Of a stretch of 64,000 nt of DNA, positions 1-13,408 are shown piece by piece; the stretch's first letter is position 1; each line of letters starts with the position of its first letter. The notes under the pieces were generated by a model. The model was not told where the DNA came from, did no database searches, and was given only the letters and a program-made list of their open reading frames with translations. A program made the position numbers and the translations under genes. Source of the stretch: Brevundimonas sp. (GTDB lineage Bacteria; Pseudomonadota; Alphaproteobacteria; Caulobacterales; Caulobacteraceae); contig NZ_PNLV01000001.1 in NCBI RefSeq assembly GCF_013823285.1, positions 20,260-84,259 on the forward strand. Direction: 5' to 3'.

Positions 1-72
1 AAGGTGTGGGCAAGAGTTTCCAGCCGACCTTGGGACGCGCTAGACGGGGCCCGCATACAAGGGAGACCCGCC

Positions 73-858
73 ATGGCCGAGACCTACGAAACCCTGCTGA
101 TTGAGCGGCACGACGACGGCTATGCGGTCGTAACGCTGAACCGGCCCGGGGCGCTGAACGCCCTGAACAGCCAGGTCTTCGCCGATCTGACGGCCTTTCT
201 GGACAGCGTCGAGCGCGACGACGCGGTGCGCTGCATCGTCCTGACCGGCTCGGAAAAGGCCTTTGCGGCCGGCGCCGACATCAAGGAGATGGCGGACCAG
301 TCCTACGCCCAGATGTTCACCGACAATTTCTTCGCCGCCGGGCACGACCGCATCACCCGGTTCAGAAAGCCGATCATCGCGGCGGTGTCCGGCTATGCCC
401 TCGGCGGCGGCTGCGAGCTGGCCATGCTGTGCGATTTCATCATCGCCTCGGAGACGGCGAAGTTCGGCCAGCCGGAGATCAATCTGGGCGTGGCGCCGGG
501 CATCGGCGGCTCCCAGCGCCTGACCCGGCTTGTGGGCAAGTCCAGGGCCATGGACATGATGCTGACCGCCCGCATGATGGACGCCGCCGAGGCGGAGCGC
601 GCCGGGCTCGTCAGCCGCGTCGTGCCGGGCGAGCGCCTGCTGGACGAGGCGCGGGAGGCGGCAGCGAAGATCGCGGCCCACAGCCCCCTGGCGGTCATGG
701 CCAACAAGGAGATGGTCAATGTGGCCCTTGAGAGCACCCTGACCGAGGGGGTGCGCTTCGAGCGTCGGCTGTTCCACAGCCTGTTCGCCTTCGAGGACCA
801 GAAGGAAGGCATGGCCGCCTTCGTCGGCAAGCGGAAGCCCGATTTCAAAGGGCGCTGA
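73..858 (+). CDS. enoyl-CoA hydratase/isomerase (crotonase) family protein
   Basis: ORF 4..858. ATG at 73 is preceded by GGGAGA (61-66). The translation [32 protein letters not shown]...[15 protein letters not shown]...[15 protein letters not shown] is a typical crotonase-fold signature. Confidence 0.88.
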   Translation: MAETYETLLIERHDDGYAVVTLNRPGALNALNSQVFADLTAFLDSVERDDAVRCIVLTGSEKAFAAGADIKEMADQSYAQMFTDNFFAAGHDRITRFRKPIIAAVSGYALGGGCELAMLCDFIIASETAKFGQPEINLGVAPGIGGSQRLTRLVGKSRAMDMMLTARMMDAAEAERAGLVSRVVPGERLLDEAREAAAKIAAHSPLAVMANKEMVNVALESTLTEGVRFERRLFHSLFAFEDQKEGMAAFVGKRKPDFKGR

Positions 859-871
859 GTCCAGAGTCGCG

Positions 872-900
872 TTGACCCCCACGCAGCCATCGGCTATAGG
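872..900 (+). promoter_or_regulatory. putative sigma70-type promoter of rpsT (TTGACC-N17-TATAGG)
   Basis: TTGACC at 872-877 and TATAGG at 895-900 with 17-nt spacing, about 65 nt upstream of the rpsT ATG. Two GAGTC (GANTC) sites lie at 857-861 and 864-868 just upstream. Confidence 0.35.
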
Positions 901-967
901 CCCGCCCTCTTGAGATTTCCGCGCCGTGGGGACGTGCTCCGCGGCGCTTTACGTTAAGGTTTGACGA

Positions 968-1237
968 ATGGCCAACAACCCCGGCGCCAAGAAGGCGATC
1001 CGCAAGATCGCCGCCCGGACTGAAGTGAACACGGCGCGCCGCAGCCGCGTGCGCACCTTCCTGAAGAAGTTCGACACCGCCGTCGCCGGCGGTGACGTCG
1101 AGGCCGCCCGGACGGCTTTCCTCGACGCCCAGTCGGAACTGATGCGGGCGGTGTCAAAGGGCGTGTTCCACAAGAACACCGGCGCCCGCAAGGTGTCGCG
1201 CCTGCACGCCCAGCTGAAGAAGCTGGCCGCAGCCTGA
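968..1237 (+). CDS. rpsT: 30S ribosomal protein S20
   Basis: 89-aa basic protein [35 protein letters not shown]..., the characteristic S20 N-terminus and size. Confidence 0.95.
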   Translation: MANNPGAKKAIRKIAARTEVNTARRSRVRTFLKKFDTAVAGGDVEAARTAFLDAQSELMRAVSKGVFHKNTGARKVSRLHAQLKKLAAA

Positions 1238-1283
1238 ATCACGGCCCGTCACAGGGCCGTCACAGTAAATATTCAAGCATTTC

Positions 1284-1318
1284 AACGCCGAAGGTGGGTT
1301 CCCTCCTTCGGCGTTTTG
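1284..1318 (+). terminator. rho-independent terminator after rpsT
   Basis: Perfect 11-bp stem AACGCCGAAGG (1284-1294) / CCTTCGGCGTT (1305-1315) followed by TT(T)G. Confidence 0.7.
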
Positions 1319-1417
1319 CCGTGTGCGGCTAAGTTGCAATAAAAAATTCCGCACCCGCCGGTGCTGCGGATCATCCGTTTCTCCAAGCGGGCGAGGCGCT
1401 TAGCGGAGTCAAACAAT

Positions 1418-1426
1418 TTATCCGCA
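1418..1426. promoter_or_regulatory. near-consensus DnaA box TTATCCGCA upstream of dnaA
   Basis: One mismatch to TTATCCACA. It is flanked by GANTC sites GAGTC 1406-1410 and GAATC 1438-1442 and lies about 20 nt upstream of a -35-like TTGACG. Confidence 0.4.
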
Positions 1427-1446
1427 TCCGGGTCCGCGAATCAGCG

Positions 1447-1474
1447 TTGACGGCGCCCTCGCTGGGCGTAAGTT
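1447..1474 (+). promoter_or_regulatory. putative dnaA promoter (TTGACG-N16-TAAGTT)
   Basis: TTGACG 1447-1452 and TAAGTT 1469-1474. This would give a ~180-nt leader containing a perfect 10-bp hairpin, CCGCCGGAAC (1571-1580) / GTTCCGGCGG (1585-1594). Confidence 0.3.
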
Positions 1475-1661
1475 TTGGGGCCTAACGCACTTCCATCCCG
1501 ACACGGATGAAGACGGCGCGGGACCCTGTTCCACGTCGGCGGTAGAAGTCCGTCTGCGAGGCCGACCCCACCGCCGGAACCCCTGTTCCGGCGGCCAGGA
1601 GAAGTCGTCCCGGAGATCAGGCGGGCTTTGTGGCTGGTGAACTGAAAGAGGTGGGCAACCC

Positions 1662-3089
1662 ATGGCGGGCAGCGCGGCGGAACAGAGACTGACGGATCCG
1701 GAACGGATCTGGGACCAAGCGGCGACGCGTCTGCGCGCCGAGATCGGCGAGGGTCCGTTCAGCTCGTACATCGCGCCGTCGGCGGTTCGGGCCGACGCCT
1801 CGGGCCGGCTGGTGCTGGTGACGCCCACCGCCTATGCGCGGGACTGGGTTCGCAGAAACGCCCTGCGTCGCATGAATGAGCTGTGGCTAGGCCTGGACGG
1901 CCTGTCACGCCATCTGGACGTGCGGTGCCGGGCCGAATTCGGCTCGCCCGCGCCGACCGTCTCCGGCCCGGCGTCCCAGACGCAGCCCCCTGCGGCGCAA
2001 CCCCGCGCCACGGTGGGCCCGGTCACCGACGGCCCCCGCGCCGTGCGCGCCGCCGGACTGCAGGACCGCCTGACCTTCGACGCTTTCGTGGAAGGTCCCG
2101 GAAACGCCTTCGCCCTGGCCATCGCCAAACAGACCGCCAGCTGGGCCGAGGGCCATTTCAATCCCGTGTTCCTGTGCGGCCCCTACGGCCACGGCAAGAC
2201 CCACCTGCTGAACGCCATCGCCTGGGAGGCGCAGCGCCTGCGCCCCAACGCCAAGGTCATCTACCTGACCGCCGAGCGTTTCCTGTCCACCTTCGTGCGC
2301 GCCGTGCAGGACCGCCAGACGGCGGCCTTCAAGGAAAGCCTGCGCTCGGCCGACATGCTGCTGCTGGACGATGTCCAGTTCGTGGGCGGCAAGAGCTCGA
2401 CCCAGGAAGAACTGCTGAACACCCTGACCGCCCTGATCGAGGACGGAAAGCGCGTGGTCATGGCCGGCGACAAGCCGCCCACGGCCATGACCGACATCGA
2501 GCCGCGCCTGCGCTCGCACCTGGCCGCGGGCCTGACCTGTCCGGTCGAACCCGCCGACCGCATGGTCAAGCTGGCGGTGGCCAGAAAGCGGTTTGAGGCC
2601 CTGGGCCGCCTGGGCCTGGTGTCCGGCGAGGCGCGTCCCGAGGTTCTGGAGCAGCTGGTGGACCGGACGCCCGGGTCGGTGCGCGAACTGGAGGGCGCGG
2701 TGAACACCCTGGCCGCCTCCGCCGGGCAGCGTCTGGCCGAGCTGACGGCGGACGAGGCCTCGGTGCTGCTGGGCGCCGCCCTGCGCGGCGGACCCGAGCG
2801 CCGCATCACCGTGGACGAAATCCAGAAGACGGTGGCCGAGCACTTCAACCTGAAGCAGGCGGACCTGCTGAGCGAACGGCGTACACGCATCATCGCCCGA
2901 CCCCGCCAGATCGCCATGTACCTGTGCAAACAGCTGACCACGCGCAGCTATCCGGACATCGGCCGACGCTTCGGAGGGCGGGACCACACCACGGTCCTGC
3001 ACGGGGTGCGCCGCATCGAGGAGATGATGCCCGCAGACGACCAGATCGCCCGCGATGTGGAGACCCTGACCCGCAAGCTGCGGGGATAA
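1662..3089 (+). CDS. dnaA: chromosomal replication initiator protein DnaA
   Basis: 475 aa with Walker A GPYGHGKTHLLNAI, the LLLDDVQF box and the C-terminal DNA-binding helix RRFGGRDHTTVLHGVRRIEE. AGAGG RBS lies before the ATG at 1662. Confidence 0.97.
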   Translation: MAGSAAEQRLTDPERIWDQAATRLRAEIGEGPFSSYIAPSAVRADASGRLVLVTPTAYARDWVRRNALRRMNELWLGLDGLSRHLDVRCRAEFGSPAPTVSGPASQTQPPAAQPRATVGPVTDGPRAVRAAGLQDRLTFDAFVEGPGNAFALAIAKQTASWAEGHFNPVFLCGPYGHGKTHLLNAIAWEAQRLRPNAKVIYLTAERFLSTFVRAVQDRQTAAFKESLRSADMLLLDDVQFVGGKSSTQEELLNTLTALIEDGKRVVMAGDKPPTAMTDIEPRLRSHLAAGLTCPVEPADRMVKLAVARKRFEALGRLGLVSGEARPEVLEQLVDRTPGSVRELEGAVNTLAASAGQRLAELTADEASVLLGAALRGGPERRITVDEIQKTVAEHFNLKQADLLSERRTRIIARPRQIAMYLCKQLTTRSYPDIGRRFGGRDHTTVLHGVRRIEEMMPADDQIARDVETLTRKLRG

Positions 3090-3208
3090 GCACCGCCGGT
3101 CTGTGGAGCGCCCGTTTCCCCTGTTGAAGCGGGCGCGCAAGCCGCTAATGTCCAAGGCCCACAATTGCAGCGGCGACGGTTGAGTCGTCGTCATCCGGGC
3201 GAGACCAC

Positions 3209-4327
3209 ATGCAGCTGACGATCGAACGCGCGGCGCTCCTGAAGGCCCTTGGCCACGTGCAGAGCGTCGTCGAACGACGCAACACCATCCCGATCCTGTC
3301 CAATGTCCTGCTTTCGGCGGGCCGGGACCGGTTGAGCTTCGCGGCCACCGACCTGGACATGGAGATGGTGGATGAGGCCGAGGCCATGGTGCACACCGAG
3401 GGCCAGATCACGGCCCCGGCCCACACCCTGTACGAAATTGTCCGCAAACTGCCGGAAGGCGCCGAGGTGTCGCTGCTGTACTCCGGCGACGATCCCCGTC
3501 TGGTGGTCCAGGCCGGCCGGTCCAAGTTCAACCTGCCGGTGCTGCCGGCCGGGGACTTCCCGGTCATGTCCGCCGACAGCGCGGGGGCCCGGTTCAGCCT
3601 GCTCAAGGAAGATCTGGTTCGGCTGATCGACAAGACCCGCTTCGCCGTCTCCACCGAGGAGACCCGCTATTATCTGAACGGCCTCTATCTGCACACGGTG
3701 TCCGAGGGCGGACAGGCGCTGCTGCGCGCCGTCGCCACCGACGGCCACCGCCTGGCCCTGGCCGAGACCCCCGCCCCGGAAGGCGCAGCGGGCGGCCCTG
3801 GCGTGATCGTTCCGCGCAAGACCATCGATCAGGTGCGCCGCCTGCTGGACGACGGCTCCGGCCCGGTAGAGGTGCAGGTCAGCGCCCAGAAGATCCGTTT
3901 CGAGTTTGGCCAGGCCAGCCTGACCTCCAAGGTCATCGACGGCTCGTTCCCCGACTATCTGCGGGTCATCCCCAAGGGCAACGACAAGCGCGCCGACATC
4001 GACAACGCCGTGTTCGCCCAGGCCGTGGACCGGGTCTCCACCATCTCGGCGGAGAAGAGCCGCTCGGTGAAGCTGGGTCTGGACACCGACCGGGTCACCC
4101 TGACCGTGCGCAACATGGAGGCCGGACAGGGCGTGGAAGAGGTGGAGATCGGCTACACCGACGAGCCCTTCGAGATCGGCTTCAACGCCCGCTATCTGCT
4201 GGACGTGGCCGGCCAGATCGAGGGCGAGACCGCCACCTACATGTTCGCCGACCCGGCCAGCCCGACCCTGGTGCTCGACCCGGGCGACCCGGGCGTGCAG
4301 TACGTGCTGATGCCGCTGAGGGTGTGA
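3209..4327 (+). CDS. dnaN: DNA polymerase III beta sliding clamp
   Basis: 372 aa, [35 protein letters not shown]...YVLMPLRV. Typical DnaN start and end, with dnaA-dnaN synteny. Confidence 0.97.
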   Translation: MQLTIERAALLKALGHVQSVVERRNTIPILSNVLLSAGRDRLSFAATDLDMEMVDEAEAMVHTEGQITAPAHTLYEIVRKLPEGAEVSLLYSGDDPRLVVQAGRSKFNLPVLPAGDFPVMSADSAGARFSLLKEDLVRLIDKTRFAVSTEETRYYLNGLYLHTVSEGGQALLRAVATDGHRLALAETPAPEGAAGGPGVIVPRKTIDQVRRLLDDGSGPVEVQVSAQKIRFEFGQASLTSKVIDGSFPDYLRVIPKGNDKRADIDNAVFAQAVDRVSTISAEKSRSVKLGLDTDRVTLTVRNMEAGQGVEEVEIGYTDEPFEIGFNARYLLDVAGQIEGETATYMFADPASPTLVLDPGDPGVQYVLMPLRV

Positions 4328-4337
4328 TGGCGCCTTT

Positions 4338-4442
4338 CCTCCCCCACCGGGGGAGGGGGACCACGCGCAGCGTGGTGGAGGGGGTCTGTCCGCTTCGCCG
4401 CCCCCTCAGTCCGCTTCGCGGACAGCTCCCCCAGAGGGGGAG
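4338..4442. repeat. REP-like cluster of four short GC-rich hairpins in the dnaN-recF spacer
   Basis: Inverted repeats: CCTCCCCC/GGGGGAGG (4338-4356), ACCACGC/GCGTGGT (4360-4376), GTCCGC/GCGGAC (4409-4423) and CTCCCCC/GGGGGAG (4426-4442). There is also a direct repeat GTCCGCTTCGC at 4388-4398 and 4409-4419. Confidence 0.6.
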
Positions 4443-4454
4443 CATTGCGGTCTC

Positions 4455-5630
4455 TTGACCCTTCTTTCCCTCACCCTCACCGATTTCCGCTCCTACGCCA
4501 GCGCCACCCTGCGCGTGGGGTCTGGCCCCATCGTGCTCCATGGGCCGAACGGGGCGGGCAAGACCAATCTGCTGGAGGCGGCCAGCCTCCTGACGCCGGG
4601 GCGGGGTCTGCGCGGGGCGCCGGTGGCCGAGCTGGGGCGGCGCGAGCCGGGCGAGGCCGGTGGCCGCGCCTGGGCCGTGGCGGCCGTGCTGGCGGGTGCG
4701 GACGGGGATGACGTCCGGCTGGGCACGGGGGTGCAGGCGCCAGGCGCGTCGCGCCGCATCGTGCGTATCGACGGCGAGACCGCCCAGCCGGGGCGGATGC
4801 TGGATTATCTCCGGCCCGTCTGGGCCACACCCGAGCACGACCGGCTGTTCTCGGACAGCCGGGCCGAGCGGCTGAAATTCTTCGACCGGCTGGTGTTCGC
4901 CGCCGATCCCCGGCACGCCGCCAGCGTCTCTGCCTATGAGAAGGCCCTTCGGGAACGCCTGCGCCTGCTGACCGAGGCGGCGGAGGGCAAGCGGCCCGCC
5001 GACCCGGCCTGGCTGGACGCGCTGGAGGCAAGGCTGGGCGAACAGGGCGCCGCCGCCGCCATGGCCCGGGCCCGGGCCCTGGGCGACCTGCAGTCAGGCA
5101 TCGATGCGCGCGGCGACCGTCCCTTCCCCCAGGCTGATCTCGGCCTGACCGGCGAGGCCGAGCAGAGCGCCGCCACAGGCGCAGAGGCCGCTGAAATCGC
5201 AGCTGGAATCGTCGCCGGCATGAAGGCGTCACGGGCCCGTGATTCGGCTTCCGGACGCTCGCTTTTCGGTCCGCACCGGTCGGATCTGACCGCCCTTCAC
5301 CGGGAAAAGAACCGCCCGGCGGCCGAGGGCTCCTCCGGCGAGCAGAAGGCCTTGGTTCTGAACCTGATTCTGGCGCAGGTTGCCCGGCTGAAAACCATGC
5401 CGGAAAACCGGGATTCACTGGCCAATTCGGGCGCAAACCCTGTATTGTTGCTGGACGAAGCGCCGGCGCACCTGGACAGCCGCCGACGCGCCGCCCTGTT
5501 CGAGGAGATCGTGGCGCTGGACCTTCAGGCTTTCCTGACCGGCACCGACGAAACGCTCTTCTCTGACCTTCACGGGCGAGGCCGGTTCGTGCGCGTCGAC
5601 GCAGGAACGCTCGCCCCATCGGATGACTGA
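4455..5630 (+). CDS. recF: DNA replication and repair protein RecF
   Basis: TTG start at 4455. [14 protein letters not shown]...[13 protein letters not shown] (Walker A) and the [15 protein letters not shown] signature; dnaN-recF-gyrB synteny. Confidence 0.92.
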   Translation: MTLLSLTLTDFRSYASATLRVGSGPIVLHGPNGAGKTNLLEAASLLTPGRGLRGAPVAELGRREPGEAGGRAWAVAAVLAGADGDDVRLGTGVQAPGASRRIVRIDGETAQPGRMLDYLRPVWATPEHDRLFSDSRAERLKFFDRLVFAADPRHAASVSAYEKALRERLRLLTEAAEGKRPADPAWLDALEARLGEQGAAAAMARARALGDLQSGIDARGDRPFPQADLGLTGEAEQSAATGAEAAEIAAGIVAGMKASRARDSASGRSLFGPHRSDLTALHREKNRPAAEGSSGEQKALVLNLILAQVARLKTMPENRDSLANSGANPVLLLDEAPAHLDSRRRAALFEEIVALDLQAFLTGTDETLFSDLHGRGRFVRVDAGTLAPSDD

Positions 5631-8060
<2,430 letters not shown>

Positions 8061-8064
8061 TCGA

Positions 8065-8729
8065 TCAGGCGCGGGCCGCCATCAGGTCGGGCCGCGCCGG
8101 GCACAGGTCCGAGATGACGCAGGCCTCGCATTTGGGACGGCGCGCCACGCAGGTGTAGCGGCCATGCAGGATCAGCCAGTGGTGCGCCTTGGGCAGCCAG
8201 TGGTGCGGCACCACCTGATGCAGCTGGGCCTCCACCTTATCCGGCGTGCCGGCGTTGGCCAGGGCGAGGCGGTGGGAGACGCGGAACACATGGGTGTCCA
8301 CCGCGATGGCTGGCTCGATCCCCAGTTCGTTCAGCACCACCGAGGCGGTCTTTCGCCCCACCCCGGGCAAGGCCTGAAGGTCGGCGCGGTTCAGCGGCAC
8401 CTCGCCGCCGTGCCGCGCGATCAGGATCTGCGACATGGCGATCAGGTTCTTCGCCTTGTTCCGGTACAGCCCGATGGAGGCGATGTAGGGGGTCAGGCCC
8501 TCGACGCCGAGCGCAGCCATTTTCTGCGGCGTGTCGGCCACGGCGAACAGCGCGGCTGTCGCCTTGTTCACCCCCACGTCCGTCGCCTGGGCCGACAGGG
8601 CCACGGCGGAGACGAGGGTGAACGGGTTGGTGAAATTCAGCTCGGTCTTCGGCTCGGGCATCACCCGCGCCAGACGGGCGAAGATTTCCTCCACCCGGTC
8701 CGGGTCGGGGGGCCAGCGCAGCGCCAGGC

Positions 8730-8733
<4 letters not shown>
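8065..8733 (-). CDS. nth: endonuclease III (DNA glycosylase/AP lyase)
   Basis: [29 protein letters not shown], an HhH motif and the 4Fe-4S ligand pattern [18 protein letters not shown] chose the GTG at 8733, which overlaps the acs stop as GTGA; the ORF track extends to 8883. Confidence 0.85.
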
Positions 8734-10664
<1,931 letters not shown>

Positions 10665-10774
10665 GCTGGGCTCCGTGTGGGGGAGGTCGCGTCTTTGCGG
10701 CGCCGATGAAACAGGCGTATGCGCTGGACGTCCGCTTGCCAAGCGGACCACTGTCTCATGTTCCGGAGTTTTCC

Positions 10775-11524
10775 ATGCTGATCCACCTGTCGTCCTGGCC
10801 CGAGATCGACGCGCGCCTGAAGGCGACGAAGACCGTGGTCGTGCCGATCGGCTCCAATGAACAGCACGGTCCCACGGGCCTGCTGGGCACCGACTGGCTG
10901 TGCCCCGAGATCATCGCCCACGCGGCGGAGAAGCAGGACGACGGCCTGGTGGTGGCGCCCACCTTCAACATCGGCATGGCCCAGCACCACCTGGCGTTCG
11001 CCGGCACCATATCCCTGCGGCCCTCCACCTTCATGGCGGCTATCACCGACTGGGTTTCGTCCCTGAGCCGCCACGGCTTCGAGCGCATCTATTTCCTCAA
11101 CGGGCACGGCGGCAACGTGGCCACCATCGAGGCGACCTTTTCGGAAATCTACGCCGAATGGTCGTTTGTGGAGGAGCACCCGCCCTTCGCCCTGAAGCTG
11201 GTCAACTGGTGGGACCTGCCGGGGGTGCACCGGCTGTGCACCGAGATCTTTCCCAAGGGGCACGGCATGCACGCCACCCCGTCGGAGATCGCCGTGACCC
11301 AGGCGGCCTATCCGGACCGCATCAAGACGGCGGACTACTCCCCGCAGATCGCGCCCATAGGGCCGATTCGCGACGCCCTGGACTACCGCGCCCGTTTCCC
11401 CGACGGCCGCATCGGCTCGGACCCGGCCCAGGCGTCGCCCGAAAAGGGTCAGCGCATCATCGACGCGGCGGTCTCAGCCCTGCTGGCCGACGTGAAGGCG
11501 TTCTCGGCCGAGGTCACGCCCTGA
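10775..11524 (+). CDS. creatininase (creatinine amidohydrolase) family protein
   Basis: [41 protein letters not shown]...FLNGHGGN matches the family metal-binding motifs. ATG at 10775 has GGAG at 10765-10768. Confidence 0.8.
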   Translation: MLIHLSSWPEIDARLKATKTVVVPIGSNEQHGPTGLLGTDWLCPEIIAHAAEKQDDGLVVAPTFNIGMAQHHLAFAGTISLRPSTFMAAITDWVSSLSRHGFERIYFLNGHGGNVATIEATFSEIYAEWSFVEEHPPFALKLVNWWDLPGVHRLCTEIFPKGHGMHATPSEIAVTQAAYPDRIKTADYSPQIAPIGPIRDALDYRARFPDGRIGSDPAQASPEKGQRIIDAAVSALLADVKAFSAEVTP

Positions 11525-11567
11525 GCCGCCCCTTGCATGGCGGCGGCGTCGGTCTAGGCTTGCGGAC

Positions 11568-12041
11568 ATGAACCAGCCCAAGCCCCCCCGGAGTCCCGCC
11601 GACATGAATGACCGCATGATGCGCGAGGCGGGGGCAGTGATCCACCGGCGGCTGGAGATCATGGCCGAGGCCGTGTGTGACCCCGCCGGCGCCGACCTGA
11701 CCGAACTGGCCCTGATGAGCGACGAAAAGGTCGCTGCCTTCCATGCGGTTTCCGATCGCGCAACGGCGGGCGCGGGAATTGTCGCCGGGCGAGTGGCCCG
11801 CGCCTTGGCGGTCGAGACCGACGCCGCCTCCCACGCCATGGAGCAGGTTATGAGAGCGTCGGATCCTGCGCAGGCGGCGGTCATCCAGACCCAGTGGGCC
11901 CTGGGCTGCTGGACACGCGCCACTGAAAGAGCTCTGACGCTGAACGCCGACTGGGCGCGTATGCAGACCTATGTCCTGGCGCCGCTGCACACGGCCGTAA
12001 GCGCCAACGCAAGGCGTCTGAAAATCAAGGAGAAAACCTGA
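11568..12041 (+). CDS. hypothetical protein (possibly phasin-like; weak)
   Basis: 157-aa Ala-rich, predicted helical ORF. Its stop TGA overlaps the next ATG (TGATG at 12039-12043). No motif I can name with confidence. Confidence 0.5.
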   Translation: MNQPKPPRSPADMNDRMMREAGAVIHRRLEIMAEAVCDPAGADLTELALMSDEKVAAFHAVSDRATAGAGIVAGRVARALAVETDAASHAMEQVMRASDPAQAAVIQTQWALGCWTRATERALTLNADWARMQTYVLAPLHTAVSANARRLKIKEKT

Positions 12042-13408
12042 TGCGCGCCCTGTTCACCGCCATGGCGATCGCGGCCCTGCCGGCCGTCGCCGTGGCCCAG
12101 ACGCCGCCACCCGCAGAGATTCCCGCCCTTTACGACATCGCCGTCGCGCCCTCGCCGGAGCGCATCGAGGCGGATATCGCCACCCTGGTCGGCTTCGGCA
12201 CCCGGCACACCCTGTCGGAAACGGAGTCGGAGACGCGCGGCATCGGCGCGGCCCGTCGCTGGATCCATGCGGAGTTCGAGCGCATCTCCGCAGCCTGCGG
12301 CGGCTGCCTTGAGGTCATGTATGTCTCGGACACGGTCACCGGCCCGCGCATCCCCGAACCCGCCGAGGTAGTCAGCGTCATCGCCATCCAGCGCGGGACC
12401 GCCGACCCGAACCGCTATGTGCTGATGAGCGGCGACATCGACAGCCGCGTCACCGACGTCATGAACGCCGCCGACGACTCCCCGGGCGCCAACGACAACG
12501 CCTCGGGCGTCGCGGGCACGCTGGAGGCGGCGCGGGTGCTGACCCGGCACCGCTTCCCCGCCACCATCGTCTATGCCGCGCTGGCCGGGGAAGAGCAGGG
12601 CCTGTTCGGCGGCCAGATCCTCGCCGCCCATGCCCAGCGCGAGGGCTGGCGGCTCCAGGCGGTGCTGAACAACGACATGATCGGCAACTCGGCAGGCATC
12701 AACGGGGTGGTGGACAATGTCACCGCCCGGGTCTTCGCCGAGGGCACGCGCATGACCGAGACCGAGGCCGAGGCGCGCCAGCGGCGCTTTACCGGCGGCG
12801 AGGTGGACAGCCCCTCGCGCAATCTGGCCCGCTACATCGCGCAGGTGGGCGAGCAGTATGTGCCCAATCTGGACGTGATGATGGTCTACAGGCTCGATCG
12901 CTTCGGCCGCGGCGGTCACCACCGGCCGTTCAACGATCTGGGCTACCCCGGCGTGCGGATCATGGAGACCAACGAGCACTACGACCGCCAGCATCAGGAC
13001 CTCAGGAACGAGGACGGCCGCCACTACGGCGACACCATCGAGTACGTGGACTTCGACTATGCGGCCAAGCTGACGGGCCTGAACGCCGTGGCGCTGGCGG
13101 GCATGGCCTGGGCCCCGCCGCCGCCCGCCGGGGTCCAGATCGAGGGCGCGGTCAGCCCGGACACCACCCTGCGCTGGACCCGTCCCACCGACGCCCAGGC
13201 CCCCGATCTGGCCGGCTACCGCATCTACTGGCGCCTGACCACCGAGCCCCAATGGACCCACAGCCGCTGGGTCGGGGACGTCACCGAGTTCACCTTGGAG
13301 AATGTGGTCATCGACAACTACTTCTTCGGCGTGGCGGCGGTGGCGGACAACGGCGCGGAAAGCCCGGTGGTCTTCCCCGGCGCGGCGGGCAGCTTCGGCG
13401 GCTACTGA
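12041..13408 (+). CDS. M28 family metallopeptidase (aminopeptidase), exported
   Basis: Signal peptide MRALFTAMAIAALPAVAVAQ. M28 motifs SPGANDNASGVAGTLEAARVL, AGEEQGLFGG and NNDMIGN, followed by a C-terminal beta-rich (FN3-like) tail. Confidence 0.85.
   Translation: MRALFTAMAIAALPAVAVAQTPPPAEIPALYDIAVAPSPERIEADIATLVGFGTRHTLSETESETRGIGAARRWIHAEFERISAACGGCLEVMYVSDTVTGPRIPEPAEVVSVIAIQRGTADPNRYVLMSGDIDSRVTDVMNAADDSPGANDNASGVAGTLEAARVLTRHRFPATIVYAALAGEEQGLFGGQILAAHAQREGWRLQAVLNNDMIGNSAGINGVVDNVTARVFAEGTRMTETEAEARQRRFTGGEVDSPSRNLARYIAQVGEQYVPNLDVMMVYRLDRFGRGGHHRPFNDLGYPGVRIMETNEHYDRQHQDLRNEDGRHYGDTIEYVDFDYAAKLTGLNAVALAGMAWAPPPPAGVQIEGAVSPDTTLRWTRPTDAQAPDLAGYRIYWRLTTEPQWTHSRWVGDVTEFTLENVVIDNYFFGVAAVADNGAESPVVFPGAAGSFGGY

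Noticed and set aside
1238-1661. rpsT-dnaA intergenic region as the chromosomal origin (oriC)
   Set aside because: There is only one near-consensus DnaA box and one short A/T patch, with no cluster of boxes or DUE-like repeats. In Caulobacter-type alphaproteobacteria the origin is usually near hemE rather than dnaA. I treat the region as dnaA regulatory sequence only.
4182-4916. 244-aa minus-strand ORF spanning the dnaN-recF hairpin cluster
   Set aside because: It is a translation of the REP-like repeats and of the antisense strands of dnaN and recF, not a gene.
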